A DNA stretch of 64,000 bases from Nitrososphaerota archaeon (GTDB taxonomy: Archaea; Thermoproteota; Nitrososphaeria; PSMU01). The notes under the pieces were generated by a model. The model worked only from the letters and a program-made list of their open reading frames with translations. It did no database searches and had not been told where the DNA came from. The position numbers were made by a program, and so were the translations under genes. How positions within the stretch are numbered: the stretch's first letter is position 1; every line of letters begins with the position of its first letter. The DNA lies in contig PSMU01000003.1 in assembly GCA_040290255.1 (NCBI GenBank), forward strand, positions 1-64,000. Reading direction: 5' to 3'. Positions 9,728 through 18,946 of the stretch are shown piece by piece.

Positions 9728-11737
9728 CTAAGGCGACGGCTGCTGGAAGGACATTATGGCGAAGTATTCGCCGGCCAACGCGGGGTTGTAGTACCAGTTC
9801 TTCACCCAGCTCGAGACGACGCCATAGGCGGTCGGATAGAAGAGGAGGAAGTAGTAGGCGTTTTCGTTCTCGAGCTGATTGGCCTGGTTCGTGAGCTGAA
9901 TGAGCCTCGTTATGTCGCCCGCCTTGTCCGCCTCCACCGCGGCCTTCACGATCTGGTCCAGCGCCGTGATGTTGAAGAGGTTCCAGCTGAAGTACGTGCC
10001 CGTGGACTGGTACATAGGAACCAGCCAGTCGAGCACCCAGTTGTAGTCGGCCACCCACCCGCCCCAGTACGCGTAGATCTGGTGCCTGGAGGCCAAGGTG
10101 TACTGCTGTCCGCCTGGCACGGGAACGACGGTGAAGGTGAGCCCCAGGTTATTCTTCCGGCTGATGGTGTTGAGGTTGCCCGCGATCGTGGTGAGGATCT
10201 TTTCGGTTACTTCATCGCCTGCCACGTAATAGATCTCTATGGTCCTGGGCTTATCGGGCCCAAAGCTGTTATCCACGAGGCCCGGAGGGATGGGCGTGCC
10301 GTTGTAGTACGTGAACCGGGTAATCGGGTTCTTCTGCGCGTCGAGCAGAAGCTGCTCCGCATAGGTGAGGTTAAAGCTCCAGGCCGTCTTTAGCGCGGGG
10401 TTATAGGACCCTTCAGGGGCGGTGCCCGGCGGCACGAGCGAATTCGCCACTTTAACTAGCCCGTTCGCGACATGTATGGCTATATCTGTTAGGTTCACGG
10501 CGCTGGCCACGGCGAGCCTGAACCTCCTGTCGGCGAAGGGCTGGAAGCTGCGCAGCTTGCCGGTTGCGTCGGTGACGTTAGTTAAGAAGTTGATCCAGTC
10601 GGTCGTGTACATGGGATAGGGCCCATAGACGGTCACGCCTGGGATCACAGAGACGAACTTGCCTTCGTTGAGCCACTTATCTCGGTCCACGACCGCGAAG
10701 ATCTGGGATGCAGGTACGCCTATCTGCGTCGCCTTGCCGGTCTTCAGGTCGAGCAACCTGGAGCCGAAGTCCTTTACCGTCAAGAAGCGTATCGTCTGGA
10801 TCTTGGGCTTCCCTATCTTGCCGAACTGAAAGCCATCGGGGCCGCCCCAATAGTTGGAGTTGGCCTTGAGCACCACCTCGTAGGTGGTGGGGTTGACGCT
10901 CTGAATGATATAGGGGCCCGTGCCCGCCAAAGCGCCGGCTTCCGGCAGGTTAAGGCTCGTGCTCCCGTTGCCGGCCTGATGGATGAAGTATGCCATATAG
11001 TCTATGTTATGGGGCCCCTTTATGGCCGCCGGGAAGTCATGGGCTATCACCCAAGAGGGCGAAACGATGGATGCCCATTGCCCGGCGATGAGGTAGGGGA
11101 ACGCCGCGCTGGGCGTCATCAGGTTGATCTTGACGGTGTAAGTATCGATTATTTGGACGAAGTTCTGGTTCAGCACGGCCCTTACCCACGCCTCGTTATA
11201 GGGCTGTTCGCAGCAGAGCGCGCTGCTGAGGCTCGTGTTGAGGAGCTGCTGCAGGATCCAGGCGGCCTGGCTGCCGTGCACGCCCGTGGGCGTCGTGCCG
11301 TCCATTATCAGGAACCTGTTGAGGCTGAACCAGACGGCCGTGGCATTAAAGGGAGTGCCGTCCTGGAAGGTTATTCCCTTGCGCAGCCTGAAGATGTACT
11401 GGGTGGGCGACACCTGCTGGTAGCTCTCGGCCAGCCATGGTATGACTTGGGTGCTGCTCGTCCCGTTATACCAGAGTAGGGTCTCATAGACGTTCTGCAG
11501 GATGATGTAATCGTACTGATAGTAGGAGACGTGCGGATCGAGCCACTGGTACGTGGCCGGCGTCTCAAACACATATGTATTGCTGGTCACGAACTCAGGG
11601 GGGGCTGGTGTGACCACCTGAGGAGCGGGCCTTGTCAGATAGAGGTACGCGAAGACGCCCGCTATTATTACCAGGATTATAATCGCGGCGACCGCCGCTC
11701 CGGTGCTGATGGCCCTTGCGCGCGTCAGCCTTTTCAA
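9728..11737 (-). CDS. oppA: oligo/dipeptide ABC substrate-binding protein, N-terminal anchor
   Basis: LDP, VYETLL, LRKGITFQDGTPFNA, GTGPY; RARA/IST N-terminus followed by a hydrophobic segment. Confidence 0.93.
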   Translation of the reverse strand: MKRLTRARAISTGAAVAAIIILVIIAGVFAYLYLTRPAPQVVTPAPPEFVTSNTYVFETPATYQWLDPHVSYYQYDYIILQNVYETLLWYNGTSSTQVIPWLAESYQQVSPTQYIFRLRKGITFQDGTPFNATAVWFSLNRFLIMDGTTPTGVHGSQAAWILQQLLNTSLSSALCCEQPYNEAWVRAVLNQNFVQIIDTYTVKINLMTPSAAFPYLIAGQWASIVSPSWVIAHDFPAAIKGPHNIDYMAYFIHQAGNGSTSLNLPEAGALAGTGPYIIQSVNPTTYEVVLKANSNYWGGPDGFQFGKIGKPKIQTIRFLTVKDFGSRLLDLKTGKATQIGVPASQIFAVVDRDKWLNEGKFVSVIPGVTVYGPYPMYTTDWINFLTNVTDATGKLRSFQPFADRRFRLAVASAVNLTDIAIHVANGLVKVANSLVPPGTAPEGSYNPALKTAWSFNLTYAEQLLLDAQKNPITRFTYYNGTPIPPGLVDNSFGPDKPRTIEIYYVAGDEVTEKILTTIAGNLNTISRKNNLGLTFTVVPVPGGQQYTLASRHQIYAYWGGWVADYNWVLDWLVPMYQSTGTYFSWNLFNITALDQIVKAAVEADKAGDITRLIQLTNQANQLENENAYYFLLFYPTAYGVVSSWVKNWYYNPALAGEYFAIMSFQQPSP

Positions 11738-11790
11738 CGCGGGTCGGCCCTTGGCTCTATATTTAAAGCTTGGCCGGGGCGGGCGTAAAC

Positions 11791-11800
11791 CTATTTATTG
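11791..11800 (+). promoter_or_regulatory. TATA box of tRNA-Ser, in a divergent promoter region shared with oppA
   Basis: TATTTATT about 25 nt before tRNA G1; TTAAATATA on the minus strand near 11758-11766 serves oppA. Confidence 0.6.
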
Positions 11801-11821
11801 GCTCGCCGGCAGCGAGCATAC

Positions 11822-11940
11822 GCCGGGGTGGCGGAGTGGACCAACGCGCGGATTCGGCGCGAGCCGAAGCGCAGGCCTTGAGTGCTCAAGCAAGCCCGTG
11901 GCCATCGCTGGCCGCGTGGGTTCGAATCCCACCCCCGGCG
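11822..11940 (+). tRNA. tRNA-Ser (anticodon UGA) with two introns: 11852-11874 at position 29/30 and 11883-11892 at 37/38
   Basis: Acceptor GCCGGGG/CCCCGGC, G73, T arm GTGGG-TTCGAAT-CCCAC, long variable arm GGCCA-TCGC-TGGCC. Removing both introns gives anticodon arm CGGGC-CT-TGA-GA-GCCCG. CCA is not encoded. Confidence 0.92.
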
Positions 11941-11998
11941 CTCACCTGCAGGCTAGGTCGGGCGAATAAGCCGGCAGGACCATCGATTCACCCGCGTC

Positions 11999-13015
11999 AT
12001 GACGGCCCTCATTAGGCTCGAGGCGGCCTGCGGCCAAGCGCCCAGCATGCCTTATGGCGGCGTTCAGGAGCCTAGAACTATAACCTTGGGCGAAAAGGGG
12101 GAGCCGTTGCGGCCGGGCCCGCTTCACATCTCCATCTGCATACCCACGCTCGAGCCCGGAGATGAAGTGTCGAGGTTCCTAGCAAACCTCCGCGATGAGC
12201 CGCTGCCAAACGGGGTGCGGCTGGCCGAGATCATCGTCGTGACGCCACGAAGGAGCGCAGGCAGGCTCGCTGGGCAGTTTGGAGATGGCGAGGCTCGGGT
12301 TGGGGTGCTGCTCGAGCCCAGGCCCAGGGGCAAGGCGGCCGCCCTGAGGGCGGCGGCCCACCTCCTCACGGGCGAGGTCGTGGTGGTGGCCAACGGCGAC
12401 GCACTGCCCTGCGCGGGGGCGATAGGAGAGCTTCTGGCGCCCTACGCTGAGGGCGACCACGAGCTCGTGGCCTTTGCCAGGCCCTTTGCCAGCGCGCGGG
12501 GCTTCGTGGGGCGCCTCTTCGCGCTGCTTTGGCGCATACATGACGCCTATATCATGTGCAGGGGCGCGGGCAGGGCTCACCTGCCGGGCGAGCTGTTCGC
12601 GGTGCCGCTCTTCCTGCTTAGGTCGCTCAGGGATGATGTCGTGAACGATGACTCCTATCTGCTCAGAAGGGCCAAGGCCTTGGGCCTGCGCGTTGCCTAC
12701 CTAAGGAGGGCCCTGGTGCGCACTAAGGCTCCCGCGGACATCGCCGCCTTCTTCTTTCAGAGGCTGCGGATCAACCGGGGCCACCTGCAGGAGCTGTCGG
12801 CCACGGCCAGGGACCCACCGGGAGTGCTGCTGGGCATCCTGGCCTCGCCTCCCTCGGGCCTGAGCTTCTTCGCCTGCGTCGTAAAGTCGATAAGAAGTGC
12901 CGGGGAGGTGCCGCTGCTCTTAGCGCTGGCCGGTGTGGAGGCCTGGGCTCTTGCGCTCGCCGTGCTGGCCGTGGCGCTGGGGCTTAAGCAGCGGCTGCCC
13001 TGGAGGCGCGGCTAG
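11999..13015 (+). CDS. glycosyltransferase family 2 (divergent, QxxRW-type)
   Basis: ISICIP, RGKAAAL, NGD, GELFA, NDD, QRLRI motifs and C-terminal TM; true start uncertain. Confidence 0.8.
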   Translation: MTALIRLEAACGQAPSMPYGGVQEPRTITLGEKGEPLRPGPLHISICIPTLEPGDEVSRFLANLRDEPLPNGVRLAEIIVVTPRRSAGRLAGQFGDGEARVGVLLEPRPRGKAAALRAAAHLLTGEVVVVANGDALPCAGAIGELLAPYAEGDHELVAFARPFASARGFVGRLFALLWRIHDAYIMCRGAGRAHLPGELFAVPLFLLRSLRDDVVNDDSYLLRRAKALGLRVAYLRRALVRTKAPADIAAFFFQRLRINRGHLQELSATARDPPGVLLGILASPPSGLSFFACVVKSIRSAGEVPLLLALAGVEAWALALAVLAVALGLKQRLPWRRG

Positions 13016-13821
13016 GACCTCCTGCTGAACACGCAGAAAAGGTGGCTGCCCAGGGCGTTGAGGGGCCTTGCGCGCCAGAGGCGCCCATCTAGGCTCCAGA
13101 CAACGTTGCGCACAAAGGAGGGCAGCTTCCTGAACGTGGGCTCATACTCATAGGGGGGCACGAGCACGGGCGCGTAAAGCGCCTCCTCGAGGTTAAAGTG
13201 GCGGCCAAAGAGCCTAACGAGCTCTCCGAGCCTGTAGGCATAGGCTGGGCATGCCAGGCCATCGGCCTCCAGCAACGTGGGCCTCCTTATCCTCCTGATG
13301 GCCTTGGCAGGCTTCAGGGCCAGCAGCTCTATGGCGAACTCCGTGATGCAGAAGTAGTTAAAGGTGGAGGTGATGAGGAAGCCGCCCGGCCTGAGCAGGG
13401 CCCATAGCATGGGCGGCAGGGCGGCGAGCCTCTCCTCGAGTGAGATGGGCCCGAAGCTGGAATAGGCGCCATCGTAAACCTGGCCGGGATGCTCTTGCCT
13501 CAGCAGAACCGCCTGAGAGGCGCGGAGCCTGTGCGTATGGACCAGCTCGTGGACGCCCCGGGCCCTCGCCCTGGCCTCCGTGAGGGCCAGCATGCGGGGC
13601 GAGGGATCTAGCGCGCAGACGCGAATGCCCCTCTTGGCCAAGCTCACCGCCTCGAGCCCCGTGCCACAGCCCAGCTCTATTACGCGCTCGCCGGGCCTGA
13701 AGTGATCCAGCAGAAGGCTCAACGAAAGCGCCCTTAGCCTCGCGCTGATCCTGCTGTGCCACCGTCGGTCATAGCGCCAAGAGACCGCATCGAAGGCCTG
13801 CTCGGGGCTGACGACCTTCAT
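13012..13821 (-). CDS. class I SAM-dependent methyltransferase
   Basis: IELGCGTG, DPSPRML, YDGAYSSFG, LRPGG; ATGA overlap with the upstream gene. Confidence 0.9.
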   Translation of the reverse strand: MKVVSPEQAFDAVSWRYDRRWHSRISARLRALSLSLLLDHFRPGERVIELGCGTGLEAVSLAKRGIRVCALDPSPRMLALTEARARARGVHELVHTHRLRASQAVLLRQEHPGQVYDGAYSSFGPISLEERLAALPPMLWALLRPGGFLITSTFNYFCITEFAIELLALKPAKAIRRIRRPTLLEADGLACPAYAYRLGELVRLFGRHFNLEEALYAPVLVPPYEYEPTFRKLPSFVRNVVWSLDGRLWRARPLNALGSHLFCVFSRRS

Positions 13822-16097
13822 GCCCGTTCCCGCGAGCCCTTCGCTCGCCACGCGGCGAGGTTGGCGGCCAGGACCAGCGCGCTGGCCAGCCCCTTGAGCA
13901 GGAAATCGAGCAAGCTAGAATATGGCCCCGCCAGAGAGGAGGGAAGGCCCGTGACCAGCTGCTGCGGGTTGGCGCCCAAGGCCACCACGCCGCCCAGGGC
14001 TGTGAGCATGAAGGATATGGCCCTTCCGGTGCCCAGCAGGGGCAGCAGGGCCAGCGCCCAGAGGTAGTGCTGCTCAAAGGCCAGAGGGTAGAACTCATAA
14101 TAGGCCAGCAGCGCGAGCGATAGGGAGCTGGGCAGCCAACGCGCGAGGGGCCTCCTCCAGAGGAGCAGGGAGCCCGCCAAGATGAGCCCCTGTGCCAGGA
14201 GAAAGCCTACTGTGTAAAGCGTGGGCCAGCGGAGCCCCTCCAGGGCCATCAGCGCGCCTAGAAGCGAGAAGGGAGATCTTGATGGCAGCTGCGCGGAGAG
14301 GCCGAGCCAGAAGAGGAGTGCGCCCTGCAGGGTGCCCCCGAAGAGCAGCGCAAGCCCCGCCAGGGCCGGCATGGCATATGCCGCCGCGCGGGCCTTCTCA
14401 CCTATGCTCTTGGCCAGATAGTAGAGGAAGCCGACGAGGCCCAGGGGGCCCGCCAAGGCGGCGAGGGAGAAGGCTATCGTGCGCAGCCCAGCACTCGTGA
14501 GCTTGAGCAGCGCGAAGAGGGCGAGCAGGAAAAGCGCCACCGATAGCGAGTCGTACTGGAGCCAGGCTGACGATATCGTTATCGAAAGCGGGTTAAGGTA
14601 GTAGAGCGCGCTGCCCCAGGCGGCCCTTTGCCTCTCGAGGCCGAGCAGGCGCAGGCAGGCGCTGAGAAGGAAGAGGGACGCCAGGTCGGAGAGCATGAGG
14701 GGGAGCTTCAGCTGTAGGAGCTCCATAGCGCCGACTACATGCCCCGCGAAATAAAGGTCGGTATGGGGCTCGCGGCCCACGAGATAGAGGGCCGCCAGCG
14801 AGAGCAGCTCCACGTAGGTGGGCACGGGAAAGACGGGCCCCTGCAACGCCTCCCCCCTGAGCAGGTAGTTGCGGCTGGAGAGGGAGAAGAGAAAGGAGTC
14901 GAGGGGATGTCCTGTAAAGGGCGCGAGGCCAAGCCGAAGGCCTAGGCCCAGCGCGGCCGTGAGCGGAAGCCGGAGCGCCCCAGGCCAGAGCGCGAAAATC
15001 AACAGCGAGGAGAGCGGGAGCAGGAGGGCATAGAGCAGGTAGAGCCAGAGCATATAGGCCGGGCTGGCCTGGGCTGGCGGCGATGATGAAAAGATCAACG
15101 AGAGGCCCTCGAGCGCGATGCTTGCGTTGCCCGGCGAGCTCACGAAGAGCACGGCGCCTGGCGGAGCCAAGAGGGCTGAATAGAAGTGGCCCAGGCCCCT
15201 GCTCGTCAGCTCGCCCCGGCCCAGCAGGAGCAGGTCGTAGCTGGCGCGACCGGAAAGGAGGCCCTGGCGCAGCTCCTCGCCCACATAGGTGGCCTGATAG
15301 GAGGCCACGTAGGCCGGCCTTATCGTGAGCCCGGCGGGCCGCTGCAGGTCTACGACCAGCCTTAACACCACGGGGACGGCAGGGGTCGGTGTGATGTTTG
15401 CCCGAAGAAGCAACGCCAGCTCATCGCCCCGGAGCGAAGCCCTGGCTTCCAGCAGCGGCGAGAGGTGAACCGGCCTCAGGCTGAGCGACTCCAGGCAAGC
15501 GTACAGGGGGCCCTGGGTGGGGGCTAGCACGTCCAGCACGAAGTCGATGTGTGAGGGCATCACGGACCCGCGCAGCGGGAAGGGAGGGATGAGCCCCGCG
15601 TACGATGAAGGGGCTCCCGTGCCCCCCAGGTCGTCCAAGGGGCCCAGCTCGTCCCATAGATTTACCGTTGCTCCAAGCTCATCCGCGCCATAGGCCCTGA
15701 TGTGGAAGACGGCCCCCCTGCTGGCGTTCACCGTCGCGAAGAGCACCAATGGCAGCGAGAGGTTGGCGGGCAGCTGAAGGCGCAGGGCCGCGAAGCCCCG
15801 CTGCAGTGGCTCTGGGGGGGTTACAAGGCATGGGCGCGTGGGGGCTCCTATGACATGAACGGGAAGGCCTTCGGCCAGCAGTGCCCAGCCCGACCCCTGC
15901 GAGCCAAGGGTATATGAGGGGGGACCCATGCTCAGCACATAGCCCTGGGACGAAATGCGAACGACCGTATAGGGCAGCGCGGGCCCGGGCGTGGAGGGCA
16001 TGGCGGACAGCGTCACGTAGGGAGGAAGCGCCACGGCCAAGGCACACGCAAGGGCCATCAGCGCCCTCTGCGAGCGAGAGCTCAACGCTGACCTCAT
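13818..16097 (-). CDS. large membrane protein: extracellular domain plus GT-C (GT87-like) glycosyltransferase-like domain
   Basis: LRL.LAPFTGHP.D, LKLP...SDL, YYLNPLSI.ISSAW.QYD in the multi-TM C-terminal half. Confidence 0.65.
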   Translation of the reverse strand: MRSALSSRSQRALMALACALAVALPPYVTLSAMPSTPGPALPYTVVRISSQGYVLSMGPPSYTLGSQGSGWALLAEGLPVHVIGAPTRPCLVTPPEPLQRGFAALRLQLPANLSLPLVLFATVNASRGAVFHIRAYGADELGATVNLWDELGPLDDLGGTGAPSSYAGLIPPFPLRGSVMPSHIDFVLDVLAPTQGPLYACLESLSLRPVHLSPLLEARASLRGDELALLLRANITPTPAVPVVLRLVVDLQRPAGLTIRPAYVASYQATYVGEELRQGLLSGRASYDLLLLGRGELTSRGLGHFYSALLAPPGAVLFVSSPGNASIALEGLSLIFSSSPPAQASPAYMLWLYLLYALLLPLSSLLIFALWPGALRLPLTAALGLGLRLGLAPFTGHPLDSFLFSLSSRNYLLRGEALQGPVFPVPTYVELLSLAALYLVGREPHTDLYFAGHVVGAMELLQLKLPLMLSDLASLFLLSACLRLLGLERQRAAWGSALYYLNPLSITISSAWLQYDSLSVALFLLALFALLKLTSAGLRTIAFSLAALAGPLGLVGFLYYLAKSIGEKARAAAYAMPALAGLALLFGGTLQGALLFWLGLSAQLPSRSPFSLLGALMALEGLRWPTLYTVGFLLAQGLILAGSLLLWRRPLARWLPSSLSLALLAYYEFYPLAFEQHYLWALALLPLLGTGRAISFMLTALGGVVALGANPQQLVTGLPSSLAGPYSSLLDFLLKGLASALVLAANLAAWRAKGSRERA

Positions 16098-16154
16098 GAG
16101 CTCGGCGGCAAGCGTTTTAAGCTCGCCCTCCAGGCCGGGGCGAGGAGGTGATGC

Positions 16155-16733
16155 GTGCTGGCCATCGTCGAGCTCTACTTCGATGGCCTATGCTGAGAGC
16201 CCATAAACCCGGGCGGAATAGCCTGCTATGGCTTCATGGTGTACAGCGGCGGCCAGAAGCTGGCCTGGGGATACGGCCTGGCCGCGGAGCCCTGGAGCGA
16301 GAACGCGACCAACAACGTGGCTGAGTATATGGGGCTCATCAGGGGCCTCGAGTGGCTGGCTCAAAGGGCCCCGGGCGGCGAGGTGGCCATCAGGGGGGAC
16401 TCGCTGCTGGTGATAAGGCAGGTGAGCAAGAAGTATGCCGTAAAGGCGGAGAGGCTCAGGCCGTTGCACCGGAGGGCCCAGGAGCTCCTCTCTAACTTTC
16501 CCAACGCCCGCGTGGAATGGGTCCCCAGAGAAAAGAACCGGGAGGCCGATGAGCTATCGGTCAGGGCCTACCTGGAGGTGCTCAGGGACGCGCGCCAGAG
16601 GGAGAGGGCCCGGCCCTATTTGGCCAGCGAGCGGCTCCGAAGGCTGCTGGAGGCCCTGGGCCTTCAGGTGCCCGCTTACCTCAGCGAGATGGGCGCCCGA
16701 AGGCTCCTGAAGAGGGCGCGCAGAAGGCGCTAA
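16155..16733 (+). pseudogene. rnhA: ribonuclease HI interrupted by an in-frame TGA at 16194-16196
   Basis: SD GGAGGTGA 16144-16151; the frame reads [48 protein letters not shown]. Confidence 0.85.
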
Positions 16734-17332
16734 GCCCTAGCTATGCCCCAGGCGACGAGCGCGGCGTGCACCATCTCCGCCGCGATGGCCATGATGATAA
16801 GGGACATGAGCCTGCCCATCGCCCGGACGCCGTTCCTCCCCAGGAACTTGGTGAGGTGATGGCAGTACCTGAGCGTGAGGTGCACGCCCAGCGTGGCGAT
16901 CAGCGAGGAGCTGAGAAGGATGGGCGTGGGATAGCGCTCCGCGCTCACCAGGAGAAGCGTGAGCGTGCCGGGCCCCACTAAAAGCGGCGAGGCGATGGGC
17001 ACCACCATCACCTCATGCGGGTCCATCCTCCTGGTCTGCGCTACGTCGCCGAGCATATCGATGCCTATGACCATCAGCAGGATCCCGCCTCCCACCCTCA
17101 GCGAGTTGACGTCTATGCCGAAGAAGCCTAGGAGATAGAAGCCGAGAAGTGAAAAGAAGGCCAGAAGGCCCAGCACTACATAGGTGGCCTTGGTCAGCAA
17201 CTTGCGCCTGGTGTCGTTATCGAGCGACTCAGTGAGCGAGAGGTAGGTGGGGATGACCGAGATGGGGTTCAATATAGCGTATAGCTGCCCCGCGAGCCAG
17301 AGCGTGGAGTAGAGGGCATCGAGCGGCGTCAA
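16730..17332 (-). CDS. MarC family membrane protein
   Basis: ILNP, FFGI...LRVGGGILL, VPIASPLLVGPG, RLMSLI. Confidence 0.92.
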   Translation of the reverse strand: MTPLDALYSTLWLAGQLYAILNPISVIPTYLSLTESLDNDTRRKLLTKATYVVLGLLAFFSLLGFYLLGFFGIDVNSLRVGGGILLMVIGIDMLGDVAQTRRMDPHEVMVVPIASPLLVGPGTLTLLLVSAERYPTPILLSSSLIATLGVHLTLRYCHHLTKFLGRNGVRAMGRLMSLIIMAIAAEMVHAALVAWGIARA

Positions 17333-17370
17333 GGCCCCCTTGCCTCGGGCATGGCGGTTTTAACCTTACG

Positions 17371-18237
17371 CTAGCGCTTCCTGGCCAGGACAAAGTAGCT
17401 GAAGCCCAGGCCCCTAAGGCCCCGGGCCCGCTGAAGCGCGGCATCAATATAGCAGAGCAGACGGTTTGCGGCCCCCTTTAGCCTTGAGCCCACCTCCCTG
17501 CCGCCCAGCCAGATGGGCAGCAGCTGCTGGGCTATATATGCCCCCGATTCCTCCACGGGCTCGAGCCCCAGGGCCCTGAGCAGCGGCCTTAGCCTCCAGG
17601 GCCTTACGGCATAAAACCGAATGGAGAGGGGGTTTCCGAACGAGTGCGCATGCCAGATGTAGGAGCCCTCCTTGAGCAGCCCCCTGAGCTGGGCCCTGCT
17701 GCCCATGGTGCTGCCCAGCCTTCCCCTGAAGAGCGCGTCCAGCACGTAATAGACGACCTCGAGCCTGAAGGCGTTCTCGAACTCAAGGAGCGCGTGGGCC
17801 CCAGGCTTCAGCACGCGGGCCAGCTCGGCCAAGGCACGGGGCCACTCCCTGAAGTGGCCCAGTATGTAGCCGAGCGAATAGGCGCTGGAGATGCAGGAAC
17901 CCCTCAGCGGGAGATGGGCCGCATCGCCGTTGACGATATGGCAGGCGCTTGCCCATCGCCCCAGCTTAGCCTTCAGCACGCGTAGAGCGCCCGGCGAAAC
18001 GTCCACCGCGACCACCTCCCTGCCCATGCGAAGCATGAGGAGCGCCTGCGCCCCCGTGCCGCAGCCGAGGTCCAGCGTCGGGTTGCTCAGCGAGGACCTA
18101 TGGTGGGCCAGCAGCCTTGCATAATGCCTGTTGAGGTAGGAGAGGTAGGGGCTTCTTTCCTGGTCGGCGTCGTATCGAGGCGACCAGCGGTCGTAGAAGA
18201 GCCTTACCCTTTTGGACGATGAGTCCTCCGCCGTCAT
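17371..18237 (-). CDS. class I SAM-dependent methyltransferase
   Basis: LDLGCGTG, VDVS, GDAAHLPL, ELARVLKPG. Confidence 0.9.
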   Translation of the reverse strand: MTAEDSSSKRVRLFYDRWSPRYDADQERSPYLSYLNRHYARLLAHHRSSLSNPTLDLGCGTGAQALLMLRMGREVVAVDVSPGALRVLKAKLGRWASACHIVNGDAAHLPLRGSCISSAYSLGYILGHFREWPRALAELARVLKPGAHALLEFENAFRLEVVYYVLDALFRGRLGSTMGSRAQLRGLLKEGSYIWHAHSFGNPLSIRFYAVRPWRLRPLLRALGLEPVEESGAYIAQQLLPIWLGGREVGSRLKGAANRLLCYIDAALQRARGLRGLGFSYFVLARKR

Positions 18238-18896
18238 TAGGGCGCTTCCTTCCTGGAAGGCCCGGCGGGCCCTTTATATATTTTGACGCCTCCCCTTCCC
18301 ATGGCCCTGGGCAGGGCCATAAGCCCCTCATCGGGGTCGCCTATCAGCAGCGCGCGGCCGCGAGCATAGAGGTAGGCCACGTAGGCGCAATAGCCCGCGT
18401 CAAGCTCATCATGGCTGAGGCTAGGGTGGCGAGAGGGGTCCCATGTGATGCGCAGCCGTTGCAGCCCGCGCACCAGGCCAGCCAGGCCGGAGCCCTTTCG
18501 AGGCACGCCCAGGAGGTCCTGAACGGCACCAGGATATGTCTCTATCACCTGTAGGCCGTGCCCCGCCAGCCTTGCCTTGAGCAGGAGCCCCCTTGCCGTC
18601 AGCGCCCTCATGGGCCCCAGTGTGATGGGGAAGAACCTGATGCCCATTCGGCGCAGCTCGAGGTCGCAGGCCCTGAAGTGAGGGGGGCCCCTGGCCTCAA
18701 GGCTTGGCCTCCCCTTGGGGAGCGAGAGGGGGGCATCGATGGCGACGGCCTTGGGCCCCACGCTGAGCACATGGCCGACGATCTCATCATCGCCGTAGAC
18801 CGCCGAGAAGCTTGCCCTCAGCCCATCATCCAGCACGCAGAGCCCCGTTCTTCGCCTCGGCGAGCCAGCTAAGTCTATGCCCACGTAGAAGCCCAA
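18237..18896 (-). CDS. DUF429 family protein (RNase H-like fold)
   Basis: GIDLAG, AIDAPLSLP, RACD.EL, IETYP, HDELDA. Confidence 0.85.
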   Translation of the reverse strand: MGFYVGIDLAGSPRRRTGLCVLDDGLRASFSAVYGDDEIVGHVLSVGPKAVAIDAPLSLPKGRPSLEARGPPHFRACDLELRRMGIRFFPITLGPMRALTARGLLLKARLAGHGLQVIETYPGAVQDLLGVPRKGSGLAGLVRGLQRLRITWDPSRHPSLSHDELDAGYCAYVAYLYARGRALLIGDPDEGLMALPRAMGRGGVKIYKGPAGPSRKEAP

Positions 18897-18946
18897 CGCC
18901 GGGCATGGCCAGCTATGCTTTTTAGCCGCGCGCCCGTCCTCACGGC

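Noticed and set aside
11883-11892. Reading the tRNA as Leu(CAA) or Sec(UCA) from CTCAAG
   Set aside because: CAAG is the intron strand of the BHB helix; the GCC acceptor start, G73 and the restored CGGGC/GCCCG stem fit Ser(UGA).
11900-16100. Integrated element at the tRNA 3' end
   Set aside because: No integrase and no repeat of the tRNA end noticed by eye; composition looks like the rest of the window.
16194-16196. Genome-wide UGA reassignment or an mRNA intron explaining the RNase HI stop
   Set aside because: TGA terminates many genes here, often in ATGA overlaps; only 3 nt are in excess and no BHB motif surrounds them.
18237-18896. DUF429 nuclease plus methyltransferase as a restriction-like defence pair
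   Set aside because: The methyltransferase lacks DNA MTase motifs (DPPY/NPPY/PC) and looks like a small-molecule type.
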